64,000 nucleotides of DNA, taken from positions 3,859 through 67,858 of the forward strand of contig JALGXW010000010.1 in NCBI GenBank assembly GCA_029821875.1. The letters run 5' to 3'. The DNA is from Candidatus Hebobacterum abditum (lineage in GTDB: Bacteria; Armatimonadota; Hebobacteria; Hebobacterales; Hebobacteraceae). Below are positions 18,279 to 28,348 of the stretch, in pieces; the stretch's first letter is position 1, and the number at the start of each line of letters is the position of its first letter. The notes beneath the pieces are model-generated. The model had not been told where the DNA came from, did not search any database, and saw only the letters and a list, made by a program, of their open reading frames with translations. A program made the position numbers and the translations under genes.

Positions 18279-19262
18279 CTACGAGTGGGATTCGCCCGCG
18301 CCTGCCGTACGGTACCAGGCCACCGTGCGCCGCAGACCATCCGGCACGCTGACATTCACGCGATACCCGAGGAGCCGCCTCGCGCGGCTGATATCGGCGG
18401 CTGAGTGACGCACCTCTCCCGGCCGCGCCGGCCCTCGACCCACCTCGCACCCCGCCCCAGTGAGCTCGATCAGCACATCAACCAGGCGATTCACCGTCAT
18501 CTGCTCGCCGCAGCCAATGTTGATGATCTGGCCCGCCGCCTCAGGGGCTGTGCAGGCGAGCAGATTCGCCTCAACGACGTTCTCCACGGCCACGAAATCC
18601 CTGGACTGGTCGCCGTCCCCGAAGACTGTCACCCCCCGGCCCGCCAGAAGGTCGGCCACGAACCGCGCGATCACCCCGGAATAGGTGGAGTCTGCTTGCT
18701 GCCTCGGCCCGAAGACATTGAAGTACCGCAGGATGACTGTCTCGAGCCCGCGCAGGTCGTGGAACGCTCGGCAGTAGAGCTCGCCGGCATGCTTGGCCAC
18801 CGCGTACGGCGATAGCGGATCGGGAGCCATGTCCTCTCGGTGCGGCAGGTCGCCGATGCTCCCATAGGCCGACGCGGACCCCGCATACACGAAACGCCTG
18901 CAGCCGGCCTCGCGCGCCGCAGTCAGCGTTCTTAGCGTCCCGAGCGCGTTGACCTCCTCGTAGAGAACAGGATCCTCCCACGATTCCTGCACCGAGACAC
19001 GCGCTGCGTGATGGAGAACGTAGTCCACTGCCTCACACGACTCTGCACACGCGTCGGGATCTGTGACGCTCCCGTCGATCACCTCGATCCCGTCCGCGAA
19101 CGGATGCAGATTCTCCCTCGTGCCAGCGGAGAAATCGTCGAGCACCCGCACGCGCTGCCCCGATATCGCAAGCGTCTCTACAATGTGGGAGCCGATAAAT
19201 CCCGCGCCGCCAGTGACGAGGTAAAGGGGCGCCTCGGCCTCTTTCCGGCGCCCGCGCGTCAC
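18279..19262 (-). CDS. NAD-dependent nucleotide-sugar epimerase/dehydratase (extended SDR)
   Basis: TGGAGFIGSH, YAVAK, LRYFNVFGPRQ; start set at GTG overlapping upstream stop. Confidence 0.93.
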   Translation of the reverse strand: MTRGRRKEAEAPLYLVTGGAGFIGSHIVETLAISGQRVRVLDDFSAGTRENLHPFADGIEVIDGSVTDPDACAESCEAVDYVLHHAARVSVQESWEDPVLYEEVNALGTLRTLTAAREAGCRRFVYAGSASAYGSIGDLPHREDMAPDPLSPYAVAKHAGELYCRAFHDLRGLETVILRYFNVFGPRQQADSTYSGVIARFVADLLAGRGVTVFGDGDQSRDFVAVENVVEANLLACTAPEAAGQIINIGCGEQMTVNRLVDVLIELTGAGCEVGRGPARPGEVRHSAADISRARRLLGYRVNVSVPDGLRRTVAWYRTAGAGESHS

Positions 19263-20173
19263 TTGCTTCTCCCCTCGCGGCCGATCCGCTTTCGAAGCCA
19301 GCTCCGCATGGCCGCTCCGTGTTCGGCGTCTGCCAGGCTCAGCTCGACGAAGGCCTGGTAGTAGCTCAGGAAGGTCCCGATGTCCAGTCGGTGCTCGCCC
19401 TTCCGCAGTCGAACACATAGGATCTCCCGCCCCTCCTTGAGGAGGAGCCGAAGCGCGTCGGTAAGCCACAGCTCGCCGCGGACGCCGGGCTTCGTTCGTC
19501 TGATGGCGTCGAACACGGCAGGCTCGAGCACGTATCGGCCGGCTGCTGCGAGGTTGCTGGGAGCCTTGCTGGGCGATGGCTTTTCGACGAAGCCCCGGAT
19601 CGGGAAGACATGTCCCGCAGCCCCTTTGGGTGCGACGATGCCGTAGCGGCCGACCGCGTCCCGTGGCACCTCCTCCACCGCGATCGTGGCCGCGGGGCGA
19701 CGCGACTCATGCACCTCAACCATTCGCTGGAGTACCGGCTTCTGCGAGCGGGTCAGGATTATCGAATCACCGAGGGCGACAACGAACGGCTGTCCTCCCG
19801 CGAACGGCTCGGCAATGGCGACGGCGTCGGCCAGGCCGCGCGGCTGGCTCTGCCGGGCATGGAAGAAGCTGAGGTCCATCCAGGGCTGGTGCTCCTCTTC
19901 GTTCTGCGCGGCGTCCCGGTCCAGGTGATCCTCTATCGCTCGCTTTCCCTGCCCCGAGATGAGAAGCACTTCGCGCAGCCCGCTCGCGGCCAGCTCCTCG
20001 ACTACGTGCTGTATGGTCGGCTTGCGCCCGACCGGCAGCATCTCCTTGGGCTGGGATCGGGTCGCGGGCATCAGCCGCGTCCCTCTCCCGGCGGCTGGTA
20101 CGACCGCCTTCGTGATGAGGGCACGGCGGCCGGACCTCGCGGAACGGGAACGAGTCGACATCTTCCCTCTCAT
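19259..20173 (-). CDS. UTP--sugar-1-phosphate uridylyltransferase (GalU-like)
   Basis: KAVVPAAGRGTRLMPATRSQPKEMLP, Q..PRGLADA, GELWLTDA. Confidence 0.9.
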   Translation of the reverse strand: MRGKMSTRSRSARSGRRALITKAVVPAAGRGTRLMPATRSQPKEMLPVGRKPTIQHVVEELAASGLREVLLISGQGKRAIEDHLDRDAAQNEEEHQPWMDLSFFHARQSQPRGLADAVAIAEPFAGGQPFVVALGDSIILTRSQKPVLQRMVEVHESRRPAATIAVEEVPRDAVGRYGIVAPKGAAGHVFPIRGFVEKPSPSKAPSNLAAAGRYVLEPAVFDAIRRTKPGVRGELWLTDALRLLLKEGREILCVRLRKGEHRLDIGTFLSYYQAFVELSLADAEHGAAMRSWLRKRIGREGRSK

Positions 20174-21181
20174 TCAGAATGCCTCTATGGCTTGGTAGCG
20201 GTACCCCTCCTGCCCGTAGGCCTCCACCAATGCCTCTTCAGCCTCCCCCTCCCCAAGCAGGATCAGCGCCGCCCCGCTGGATCCCGGCAACTTGGCTGCG
20301 AACCCCTGCTCGCGGGCGATCTCGACGAGGCGGACGTTGTGGGCGCCCAGGGCTTCGTCACCAAACAACCCCCTACGCAGATCGAAGTTGCGGTCCATCA
20401 AGCGGCCCAGTTTCCTGTGATCGCCCGCGGTGAGCGCCCTTCTGCCGAGCAGTGCGCACCGCGCGATCTCCTTGATGCTCTTGCGCACCACCGTGTCCCC
20501 GCGCTCCCATCGGTAGCGCACTTCAGAGTGCACGCGCCCTGACTCGAGGGTCCCGAAGTGGTCCTCGGCCAGATACGCCAACCCAAACCGCGGCAGCGAC
20601 CGAGAGCTCAACCTTGTGTACTCACCCTTGCCGCCGGAGAAGTCCATGTACGTCAGGCCGCCGTAGCTCTGCACGACTCTGTCCTGGAGTCCGGCTGCAA
20701 TGCCCAGCTCTTCGGTTTCCACACTGAGAGCAAGCTCCGCCAGCTTTCTCGCTGGAACCTTGCGCGCCGGTATGCGGTAGAACTTGAGGAGAGCGCGCAA
20801 CGTCGCTATGATCATCGCGCTGGAGCCGCCAAGCCCCGACTGGCGAGGGATCGTGGTCTCGTACTGCACCGTGAAGTTGGCCTTCCGAAGCCTGATGCTG
20901 CGCTGGCCGGCGTAGTCGACAAAGCGCTTGCAGGCAGCGAACACGACCCGCTGCATCCCGTAGTACCCATGCCGCTCGACCGAGCCCACGAGGTCGGCAA
21001 GGTCGCTGAACTCGGCGCGGTCATGTTCGGGGTGGAGCTTCACGATGAGCGAGGGACTTTCCCAGAGGGTAACTCGGGCGACGAAGTCGCGGAGCAGGAA
21101 GGAGATGACTCTGCCCCCGTACATGTCCGACGGGTTGCCCAGGAGGCCGGCGCGCGCATGTGCTTCGGTGTGGATGATCAT
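20174..21181 (-). CDS. GHMP kinase, glucuronokinase-like
   Basis: ARAGLLGNPSD, IPRQSGLGGSSA, ELGIAAGLQDRVVQSYGGL.YMDF, SG.VHS.VR.RW. Confidence 0.85.
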   Translation of the reverse strand: MIIHTEAHARAGLLGNPSDMYGGRVISFLLRDFVARVTLWESPSLIVKLHPEHDRAEFSDLADLVGSVERHGYYGMQRVVFAACKRFVDYAGQRSIRLRKANFTVQYETTIPRQSGLGGSSAMIIATLRALLKFYRIPARKVPARKLAELALSVETEELGIAAGLQDRVVQSYGGLTYMDFSGGKGEYTRLSSRSLPRFGLAYLAEDHFGTLESGRVHSEVRYRWERGDTVVRKSIKEIARCALLGRRALTAGDHRKLGRLMDRNFDLRRGLFGDEALGAHNVRLVEIAREQGFAAKLPGSSGAALILLGEGEAEEALVEAYGQEGYRYQAIEAF

Positions 21182-21197
21182 GCCTGCCTCTTCATGT

Positions 21198-21965
21198 TCA
21201 CGGCTCGCGGGCACCGTTGGCCACGGGAAGGAACCGCGGTTCTCCCCGCCGGCGCGATTCTGCGACCACGCGATTCGCCTCAAAGAGGCCGTCGAACGAG
21301 CCGCAGTCCAGCCAGAGGCCGTCCAGCTCGCCCCAGGTCATCAGACCGTCGTCGATGTAGAAGTTGTTGACTGTCGTTATCTCCAGCTCCCCGCGAGCCG
21401 ATGGCTCCGATCGGCGGACGTAGTCAAAGGCGCGGGTGTCGTAGATGTAGAATCCCGTCACCGCGAAGCTGCTCTTCGGCTGCTCGGGCTTCTCTTCTAT
21501 CGCGATGATCCGCCCGGGATCGTCCGTGTCGAACACGGCCACGCCGCACTCCCGCGGATCGGGGACCTCCTTCAGGAAGAGGTGGGCCCCCTGCTCGAAG
21601 CCGCGGACGGCCGGGCCTAGATCGGCGTCCGTGAAGTTGTCGCCCAGGACGACGGTAACAGGGCTCGCATCGGCGAAATCCTCGGCTATGCTCAGCGCAT
21701 CGGCGATGCCGCCCTCCCCCTCCTGATATCCGTATTCGAGGTGTCTGATCCCGAGGTCCTTGCCGGTGCCGAGCACGCGCAGGAAGTCCCCCGCGTGTGG
21801 ACCACCCGTGACGATGAGGATGTGATCGATCCCTGCGCGGAGCAGGTTATCGATGGCATAGTGCACCATGCATCGGTCGAAGACTGGTAGCAAGTGCTTG
21901 TTGGTAGCTTTAGTGAGCGGGAACAGCCGCGTGCCCAACCCCCCAGCGAGGATCACGCCCTTCAC
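21198..21965 (-). CDS. Sugar-1-phosphate nucleotidyltransferase (short RmlA/SpsI-like)
   Basis: MKGVILAGGLGTRLFPLT...NKHLLP, SARGELEIT, WLDCG. Confidence 0.92.
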   Translation of the reverse strand: MKGVILAGGLGTRLFPLTKATNKHLLPVFDRCMVHYAIDNLLRAGIDHILIVTGGPHAGDFLRVLGTGKDLGIRHLEYGYQEGEGGIADALSIAEDFADASPVTVVLGDNFTDADLGPAVRGFEQGAHLFLKEVPDPRECGVAVFDTDDPGRIIAIEEKPEQPKSSFAVTGFYIYDTRAFDYVRRSEPSARGELEITTVNNFYIDDGLMTWGELDGLWLDCGSFDGLFEANRVVAESRRRGEPRFLPVANGAREP

Positions 21966-22105
21966 CGTCGAGCCTCCTACCGCGCTTGGATCGTCGGTCG
22001 TGTCCGGACTTCTCCGAGTTAGGATTCCAGTCCTTCTGCTGTGAGCCCCACGGGAGGTGGACTGCAGCGAGAAGGCGAACTGAGCACTGACGGCAGAGCG
22101 CGGAA

Positions 22106-22984
22106 GTGACCGACCCCTCGACCTGCAAACTCGACGTCTGCATTGTCGCCTGGCGGGCGCGCGAACTGCTTCGGGCCTGCCTTCACTCGGTCGTTCGAGC
22201 TGACGAAGTAGCTCGGGTGGTCGTGGTCGACAACGCCTCCGGCGACGGCACGTCGGAAATGGTCCAGGAGAAGTTCCCGAGAGTCGAGCTTGTGCAGAAC
22301 AGCGAGAACCTGGGCTATGCAGCAGCCAACAACCAGGCTATCTGTGCAAGCCACTCGCCGCTGCTTCTCCTGCTCAACCCCGACACTGAGATCCGCCCCG
22401 GCGCGCTCGGCGCGCTTGTTGAAGCGTTCGGCCGAGAGGACAGGATCGGCGCAGTGGCGGCACAGCTCGTGCTTCCGGACGGCTCGACCCAGCGGTCATG
22501 TCGAAGCTTCCCAGAGCCGGCCCCGGTGCTCTTTGACGCCCTCGGTCTATCTCGCCTGTTCCCTCGCAGCGAGGCCCTCGGCCGGTATCGCATGACCTAT
22601 TGGGACCACAACTCATACCGCGAGGTTGACCAGCCGATGGCCTCCGCGCTTGCCCTGCGTCGAGCAGCACTGGACGACGCGGGCCTGTTCGACGAAGGGT
22701 TTCCGCTCTACTTCAATGATGTCGACCTCTGCTATCGTCTGCGCCAGGGAGGGTGGAAGATCGTCTTCGAGCCGCGGGCGAAAGTGCTGCACCATCACGG
22801 GCGCAGCACCTCACAGGTGAGAGCTTCAGCAGTCATCGACTCTCACAGGGGGCTCATCCGATTCTACCGCAAGCACTACCGGCGTGGAGCCGGGCGGGTC
22901 GGGTATTGGACCGTTGTCGGGGGGGCCTGGTTGGCGATGTATCCGAGGGCCGCGGTCTCCTGGTTGCTGCAGTTGCTCAGGTAG
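22106..22984 (+). CDS. Glycosyltransferase family 2 (WbbL-like)
   Basis: VVDNASGDG, NLGYAAANN, LLNPD, FDEGFPLYFNDVDLC. Confidence 0.92.
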   Translation: MTDPSTCKLDVCIVAWRARELLRACLHSVVRADEVARVVVVDNASGDGTSEMVQEKFPRVELVQNSENLGYAAANNQAICASHSPLLLLLNPDTEIRPGALGALVEAFGREDRIGAVAAQLVLPDGSTQRSCRSFPEPAPVLFDALGLSRLFPRSEALGRYRMTYWDHNSYREVDQPMASALALRRAALDDAGLFDEGFPLYFNDVDLCYRLRQGGWKIVFEPRAKVLHHHGRSTSQVRASAVIDSHRGLIRFYRKHYRRGAGRVGYWTVVGGAWLAMYPRAAVSWLLQLLR

Positions 22985-24896
22985 CGGCGATCTCGTCGAC
23001 GACTCGTCGAGACTCGCCCTCATCGAGCCTGTACGCCTCAGCCACGGCCTCGTCGATCTCGCCCAGGAGACGTTCACGCCGCGCCGCCTCCGGGGCCTCG
23101 AGGGCGCGCGCGGCCAGCCTGCCGAGTCGTTCGGTTCCTGCCACGGGCGGCAAGGGCACCAGCTTGAGCTTGCTTACCTTCACCTGCGCGAAGGGTCGAC
23201 CCGCCTCTGGGGCAACGGCCCGGTAGAGCGCGGCCAATGGCTTCGAGTTCAGTATCGCCGCCAGCCACAGGAGATCGCCGTCGTCACGGGCACTAATAGC
23301 GATCACGCTACGGCCGAACCACGCCCCTCGTCGGTCGACGGTCGCAACAGGCCGATCGCCGGTCTGCCTCAGCAGTATCTTCGGGACTCGGCGGTAGACG
23401 GCCTCCCGAACGGACACCCGATCTCCACTACGGACTCGCTCCTGCCAGTCATGGTGAAGCCACGCCGAGTGGCCGGCCTGGGTAAGCGCGCCGAAGTCGC
23501 GCCCGCGCGTTATGGGGATGTCCGATCTGTGCCGCCGATCGCCGGAGTACAGGATAGCGCGACCCGCCTCCGCTCGCGAGTAGTTGATGCCAACGTCGTG
23601 AACGGTGAAGGTCTCGACCATGTCGCCGAGCGAACGCAGTCGCCGCGTCAATCGCTCCAGCATGTCTCGCCGCCACCTCGGCGGCACCACGAATCCTGAG
23701 TGCGGGGCCTCGAGCGGCGCATCTCCGGGCGCAAGCCAGCCGCGCTCGCTCACACGGGCCGACAAGTTGGCCCGCTTCTCGCGGCGGAGGTCGGAGATGG
23801 CGAACTGCGCCGGCGCAATGCCTTTCCCGACCAGGCAGACCATGCACGAGGGAGCGGTCGCGGTCGCGAAGACACGGTCTCCGAGAAGAACGACGCGCAG
23901 AGGTCGGAACTGCTCGAGCACGGCCCGCCGCAGACCCTCGTAGCGGACCTGCCACAGGACGGTGTCCGGCAGCAGCATCCCCACACCGCCGTCTTCCCGG
24001 GCTAAATCGGCCCCGAGCTGAAGGAAGAACACGTAGCTGTCTCGATGGCCGCGCAGGGCACCAGGCGCGGCGGAGGCGAGCCCTTCGGCCTGCTTCGCGG
24101 GGAGCTTCACGCCCCACGGCGGATTGCCGATCACGATGTCGAAGTCGCCACCGTCTCGAGCCCCTGCCAGTGCGTCGCCCAGGCGAACATGCTCGGCCGG
24201 CATCGGCGCGGGTCGGCCGGGGCGCGACGCGGCGAGCCACACGGCGAGACGGCAGACCTCGGCCGCAAGCGCGTTCTTCTCCACTGCGAACACGCAGCTC
24301 CGAGCCGCCTCGCGACGCAAGTCGTTCTCAGCCAGCGCTTCGCCAGCAGCGCCAGCGAGTGCCTCGACGGCTGCAACGGCGAAGGCGCCGGCTCCCGCCG
24401 CCGGGTCGAGGACCTTGAGAGACAGCGCAGCGGCTGGCTTGACGCGGCGGCCCGTCAAGACCCCCTGGACAACAGTATCAGCGATGAAATCCGCGGCCCA
24501 GCCGGGAGTGTAGTAGCTGCCGCTCTTCCGCCGATCGCGCCCCCGGCTCGAAAGACGCTCGCAGAGCCGTCCAAGCCGCTCGGCCGCCTGTCGCGGCCCT
24601 TCCTCGCCCTCCGCAGAAAGCAGAGCAGTCTTTGCTGCCCGCGCGACGGAGCGCTCATGCGTCCTCGGCCACGCCAGATCGTCGAACCCGAGCGCCCCCC
24701 GGACATCGAGGAAGGCGGCGCCGGCCTCCTCCGTCGCCCGAAGCAGACGAGCGCTGTCGTGGCCGCAGGAGACAAGGCGCATGGCTGTGCGCGCAACCGC
24801 AGGGGGCAGAAGATCGAGACGGAGTGCCTCAATGAGAAAGTGCAGGCGCAGCGCCAGAGACGATGACTGCGAGCGGCTGGTGCGCGTCCCACTCAC
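22977..24896 (-). CDS. N6-adenine DNA methyltransferase, gamma class with TaqI-like C-terminal specificity region
   Basis: GSYYTP, VLDPAAGAGAF (motif I), DIVIGNPPW (motif IV), PKILLRQT...LAAILNS. Confidence 0.85.
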   Translation of the reverse strand: MSGTRTSRSQSSSLALRLHFLIEALRLDLLPPAVARTAMRLVSCGHDSARLLRATEEAGAAFLDVRGALGFDDLAWPRTHERSVARAAKTALLSAEGEEGPRQAAERLGRLCERLSSRGRDRRKSGSYYTPGWAADFIADTVVQGVLTGRRVKPAAALSLKVLDPAAGAGAFAVAAVEALAGAAGEALAENDLRREAARSCVFAVEKNALAAEVCRLAVWLAASRPGRPAPMPAEHVRLGDALAGARDGGDFDIVIGNPPWGVKLPAKQAEGLASAAPGALRGHRDSYVFFLQLGADLAREDGGVGMLLPDTVLWQVRYEGLRRAVLEQFRPLRVVLLGDRVFATATAPSCMVCLVGKGIAPAQFAISDLRREKRANLSARVSERGWLAPGDAPLEAPHSGFVVPPRWRRDMLERLTRRLRSLGDMVETFTVHDVGINYSRAEAGRAILYSGDRRHRSDIPITRGRDFGALTQAGHSAWLHHDWQERVRSGDRVSVREAVYRRVPKILLRQTGDRPVATVDRRGAWFGRSVIAISARDDGDLLWLAAILNSKPLAALYRAVAPEAGRPFAQVKVSKLKLVPLPPVAGTERLGRLAARALEAPEAARRERLLGEIDEAVAEAYRLDEGESRRVVDEIAAT

Positions 24897-25028
24897 CGCT
24901 GACCGTACTGCCGCTGGTAGGAATCTCGGCCGCGTTCCCGGGTCGCCGCCAACGCATAGCGACCCGTGTCGGCGTTGCGCATTCCGCTGCCCGCGCCGGC
25001 AGTCACGAGAAGTCCCATCGAGAACCTC

Positions 25029-25850
25029 CTAGGGCAACGCCGACTCTGCCGCCGCCAGTACAGACTGCGCCGAGGCATCGAAGCTCCCACCCCGCCGGGC
25101 CATGAACTCCGCCACGAGCCGCCATCCAAGGTAGACACCTGCCCGCGACGGCAGTGCACCCTCCCGCGGTCGGCCGTGCCTGAACAACGCCGAGGCGGCC
25201 TCCTCCTCCGAATCCATGTGAGGACGTACCCGACGCCATAGCTTGCCCTCATACTCGCGCATCACGACCACCTGCCCCGGCTGCATGAGCAGGTGCTCAG
25301 CTTGGGAACGCTCGGGGAAAGCGCGCGCCGTCAGGGCCACCGCGAATCCCTCGTCCACGAGTCTCTCGCCAAGACAGCGCGGGTGCCTGAGACGCCGCCG
25401 GTAGCAGTGCGCATACTCGTGTGCGAGAAGCAACGGGATCATCCGCGGGCTCGTGAGACGCTCCAGCCCGATGCCGATGGCCCACTGGCCGTCCACCGTG
25501 AAAGCGAAGCCGTCCGGGCTGAAGAACCCGACCAGAAAGTAGACTTCGGGTTCAGGAGACAGAGGCAGTATCTCCTGGCAGCGTCTCACTGTCGCTTCGG
25601 CGGCCGCCGCCAAGTCGGTCGCGCCGACGATCTCGCGCAGCAACTCGTATTCCTCAGGCCTCACCCGGCGGACGCGCTCGACCCAGGTGGCCGTGGGCAG
25701 CCCCAGGCACTGCTCCCACCAGGCCTCCAGCGCAGCGCGATTCGGCGTCAGGTAGTGTTCGCAGTGGAGGTCCCATGCCTCTCCTTCGCCCGCCGCGAGC
25801 GCATCGATGAACCGAAGGAAATCCTGGCAGAGCAAGTGCACCCTCACCAC
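25029..25850 (-). CDS. Putative Zn-dependent protease (DUF2268-like)
   Basis: LAHEYAH, L.E..V.EG.A, GVYLGWRLV. Confidence 0.75.
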   Translation of the reverse strand: MVRVHLLCQDFLRFIDALAAGEGEAWDLHCEHYLTPNRAALEAWWEQCLGLPTATWVERVRRVRPEEYELLREIVGATDLAAAAEATVRRCQEILPLSPEPEVYFLVGFFSPDGFAFTVDGQWAIGIGLERLTSPRMIPLLLAHEYAHCYRRRLRHPRCLGERLVDEGFAVALTARAFPERSQAEHLLMQPGQVVVMREYEGKLWRRVRPHMDSEEEAASALFRHGRPREGALPSRAGVYLGWRLVAEFMARRGGSFDASAQSVLAAAESALP

Positions 25851-27127
25851 TGGTCCTCTTCCGCCGTCTGGCTCCCGGCCGCCTTGCGCAAACGTTGCGC
25901 GACATCTGCCGGAACGCGCGCGCTCAGCGAGACGCCCTCCTCCTGGAAGTCCTCAGAGAGCACACGCCCGCGCTCGTGGGCCTCCGAGACCAAGTCCTGA
26001 GCGGACCAGGGCACCGTGACCTCGACCGGCACGAGCTCCTGCTCCAGTCGCTCGCCGATGGCCCGCAGGAGCTCCCCCAGCCCCTCGCCCGTCAGAGCCG
26101 AGATGGCGACCACGTGTTCCTCTCGCGCGGCAACTTCGGCCAGCCAAGCACGGTCCGCCACCAAGTCGCACTTGTTGAGGGCAATGACGGTCGGCTTGTC
26201 AGCACATCCGAGCTCGGCCAACACGCGCCGGGCTGCCTCCACTTGATCTCTCATCTGCGGGTGGCTCGCGTCGACCACGTGGACGAGAACGTCTGCCTCG
26301 ACCACTTCCTCCAAGGTGGCCTTGAAGGCCGCGACCAGTTGATGCGGCAAGTTACGGATGAAGCCGACCGTGTCGGCCAGCAGGAAATTCCGGCCTTCCG
26401 CCAGCTCGACCCGCCTGATGGTAGGGTCGAGCGTGGCGAACAGCAGGTCCTCCACGAAGACGTCGGCCCCGGCGAGTGCATTGAGCAGCGTTGACTTGCC
26501 TGCGTTCGTGTACCCCACCAGCGCCACCACAGGTATGCCGGCCTCCCGCCTATGACGGCGCTCGACGGTCCGCCGCTTCTCGAGCTGCTCGACCTGCTTC
26601 TTCAGAAGACTGAGCCGCCTTCGAAGTCGCCGGCGGTCCACCTCGAGCTTCGTCTCGCCCGGCCCTCTCGTGCCGATCCCGCCGCCGAGTCTGGACAGCT
26701 CCGTCCCCTTCCCCGTCAAGCGGGGGAGCAGGTAGTTCAGCTGCGCGAGCTCCACCTGAATCTTGCCCTCGGCGCTGCGGGCGCGCTGCGAGAAGATATC
26801 GAGAATCAGAGCAGTCCTGTCCAGCACGCCCATGTTGGCCGCGTCTTCCAGGTTGCGCTGCTGGCTCGGCCTCAGGTCGCCGTCCACCAGCAGCAGGTCT
26901 GCACGCACTTCGCCCTTGATCTGCCGTATCTCTTCGGCCTTGCCCTTGCCGACGAAGGCGGCCGGGTCCGGCCGGTCCCGTTTCTGGGTCACGGTGCCGA
27001 CGACTTCGACGCCGGCTGTCTCGGCCAGGCGCGCGAGTTCGTCCAGCGACTCCTCCCAGCCCCCTCGACGCTCCAACGCCAGCAACAGCGCGCGCTGTTC
27101 GGGCCTCGGGTCTACGGAAATCGTCAT
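25844..27127 (-). CDS. hflX: Ribosome-associated GTPase HflX
   Basis: GIGTRGPGETKLE, VGYTNAGKSTL, LFATLD, DTVGF, NKCD; start at ATG overlapping dapL stop. Confidence 0.96.
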   Translation of the reverse strand: MTISVDPRPEQRALLLALERRGGWEESLDELARLAETAGVEVVGTVTQKRDRPDPAAFVGKGKAEEIRQIKGEVRADLLLVDGDLRPSQQRNLEDAANMGVLDRTALILDIFSQRARSAEGKIQVELAQLNYLLPRLTGKGTELSRLGGGIGTRGPGETKLEVDRRRLRRRLSLLKKQVEQLEKRRTVERRHRREAGIPVVALVGYTNAGKSTLLNALAGADVFVEDLLFATLDPTIRRVELAEGRNFLLADTVGFIRNLPHQLVAAFKATLEEVVEADVLVHVVDASHPQMRDQVEAARRVLAELGCADKPTVIALNKCDLVADRAWLAEVAAREEHVVAISALTGEGLGELLRAIGERLEQELVPVEVTVPWSAQDLVSEAHERGRVLSEDFQEEGVSLSARVPADVAQRLRKAAGSQTAEEDQW

Positions 27128-28305
27128 CCGATTCGCACCTTCTCCTTGATGCGATCCACCGCCTCTACTATCCGCTCTTCCTGCTGCTCGCCCTGGACTG
27201 TGAGCGAAAAGCGCACGTAGCCTTCCCCGTGATCGCCGTAGGCGCTGCCTGGCTGGGCCAGAACGGCTGCGTCGCGGAGAAGAGCTTCGGCCAGCTGCGC
27301 GGATGTGTAGCCTCCTGAGACGGGCCCCCACACGTAGCAGGTGGCCGGTGGCTTCGGGATATTCCAGCCAACTTCGCCGAGGCCGTCCACCAGCAGGTCT
27401 CGCCTCTTCTGGTAGATCTGACGCATCTGATCGACACAGTCTTGAGGACCGGCTAGGGCCGCGACACCCGCCTCCTGAATGGCGAAGAACGCGCCGGAGT
27501 CGACGTTCGACTTGAGCTTCTCGAGCGTGTCGAGTGCGTCCGCGTTCCCCACTGCGAATCCGAGCCGCCAGCCCGTCATGTTATACGTCTTCGACAGCGA
27601 GTGTATCTCGATGGCGACGTCTTTCCCGCCATCAACCTCCAGCAGACTGTGCGGCTTCTGGCCATCGTAGTACAGCTCTGAATAGGCCATGTCCAGGCAG
27701 ACGAGCACATCTCGCGCGCGAGCGAAGTCCACCAGGCTTCTGTAGAAATCAAGCGACGCCACCGCACCCGTCGGCATGTTCGGATAGCACAGGTAGATGA
27801 GTCGCGCTCGCTCGAGCGCATCTCCCGGAATAGCGTCGAGGTCGGGCAGGTAGTCCGCGCTCTCCACCAGAGGAAACCGGTAGACATCAGCCCCCGCGAA
27901 CATCGAGGCGACGTTGTAGACCGGGTAGGCCGGATCGGGCACCAGCGCGATGTCGCCCGGGTTGAGCACCGCCCAGGCCAGGTGTGCGAGGGCCTCCTTT
28001 GCGCCGATCACCCGGAGCACGTCGCGGTCAGGGTCGAGGTCCACGCCGAAGCGCTGTCTGTACCATGAGACAACGGCCTGACGGTAGGCCGGCAGACCGC
28101 GCCCGGATTCGTCGTATTGGTGTGTCGCCGGGTCCAGGGCGGCCTTGCGCAACGCCTCCACGATGTGGCCAGGCGTCGGCTGGTCCGGATCGCCGATTCC
28201 GAAATCGATGAGATCCACGCCCTCCTCGATCGCCTTGCGCTTCAGCCTTCCCAACTCAGCGAACGGGTACGGTGGTGTCTTCAGAAGCCGGTCTGCAACT
28301 TGCAT
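27124..28305 (-). CDS. dapL: LL-diaminopimelate aminotransferase
   Basis: PPYPFAEL, GIGDPDQPTP, YPNMPTG, SLSKTYNMTGWRLG, KSNVDSG; adjacent to dapF. Confidence 0.88.
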   Translation of the reverse strand: MQVADRLLKTPPYPFAELGRLKRKAIEEGVDLIDFGIGDPDQPTPGHIVEALRKAALDPATHQYDESGRGLPAYRQAVVSWYRQRFGVDLDPDRDVLRVIGAKEALAHLAWAVLNPGDIALVPDPAYPVYNVASMFAGADVYRFPLVESADYLPDLDAIPGDALERARLIYLCYPNMPTGAVASLDFYRSLVDFARARDVLVCLDMAYSELYYDGQKPHSLLEVDGGKDVAIEIHSLSKTYNMTGWRLGFAVGNADALDTLEKLKSNVDSGAFFAIQEAGVAALAGPQDCVDQMRQIYQKRRDLLVDGLGEVGWNIPKPPATCYVWGPVSGGYTSAQLAEALLRDAAVLAQPGSAYGDHGEGYVRFSLTVQGEQQEERIVEAVDRIKEKVRIG

Positions 28306-28348
28306 GCAATACCCTCCCTGCTGGTGACTGCCTTCTCGGCCTTGCCTC

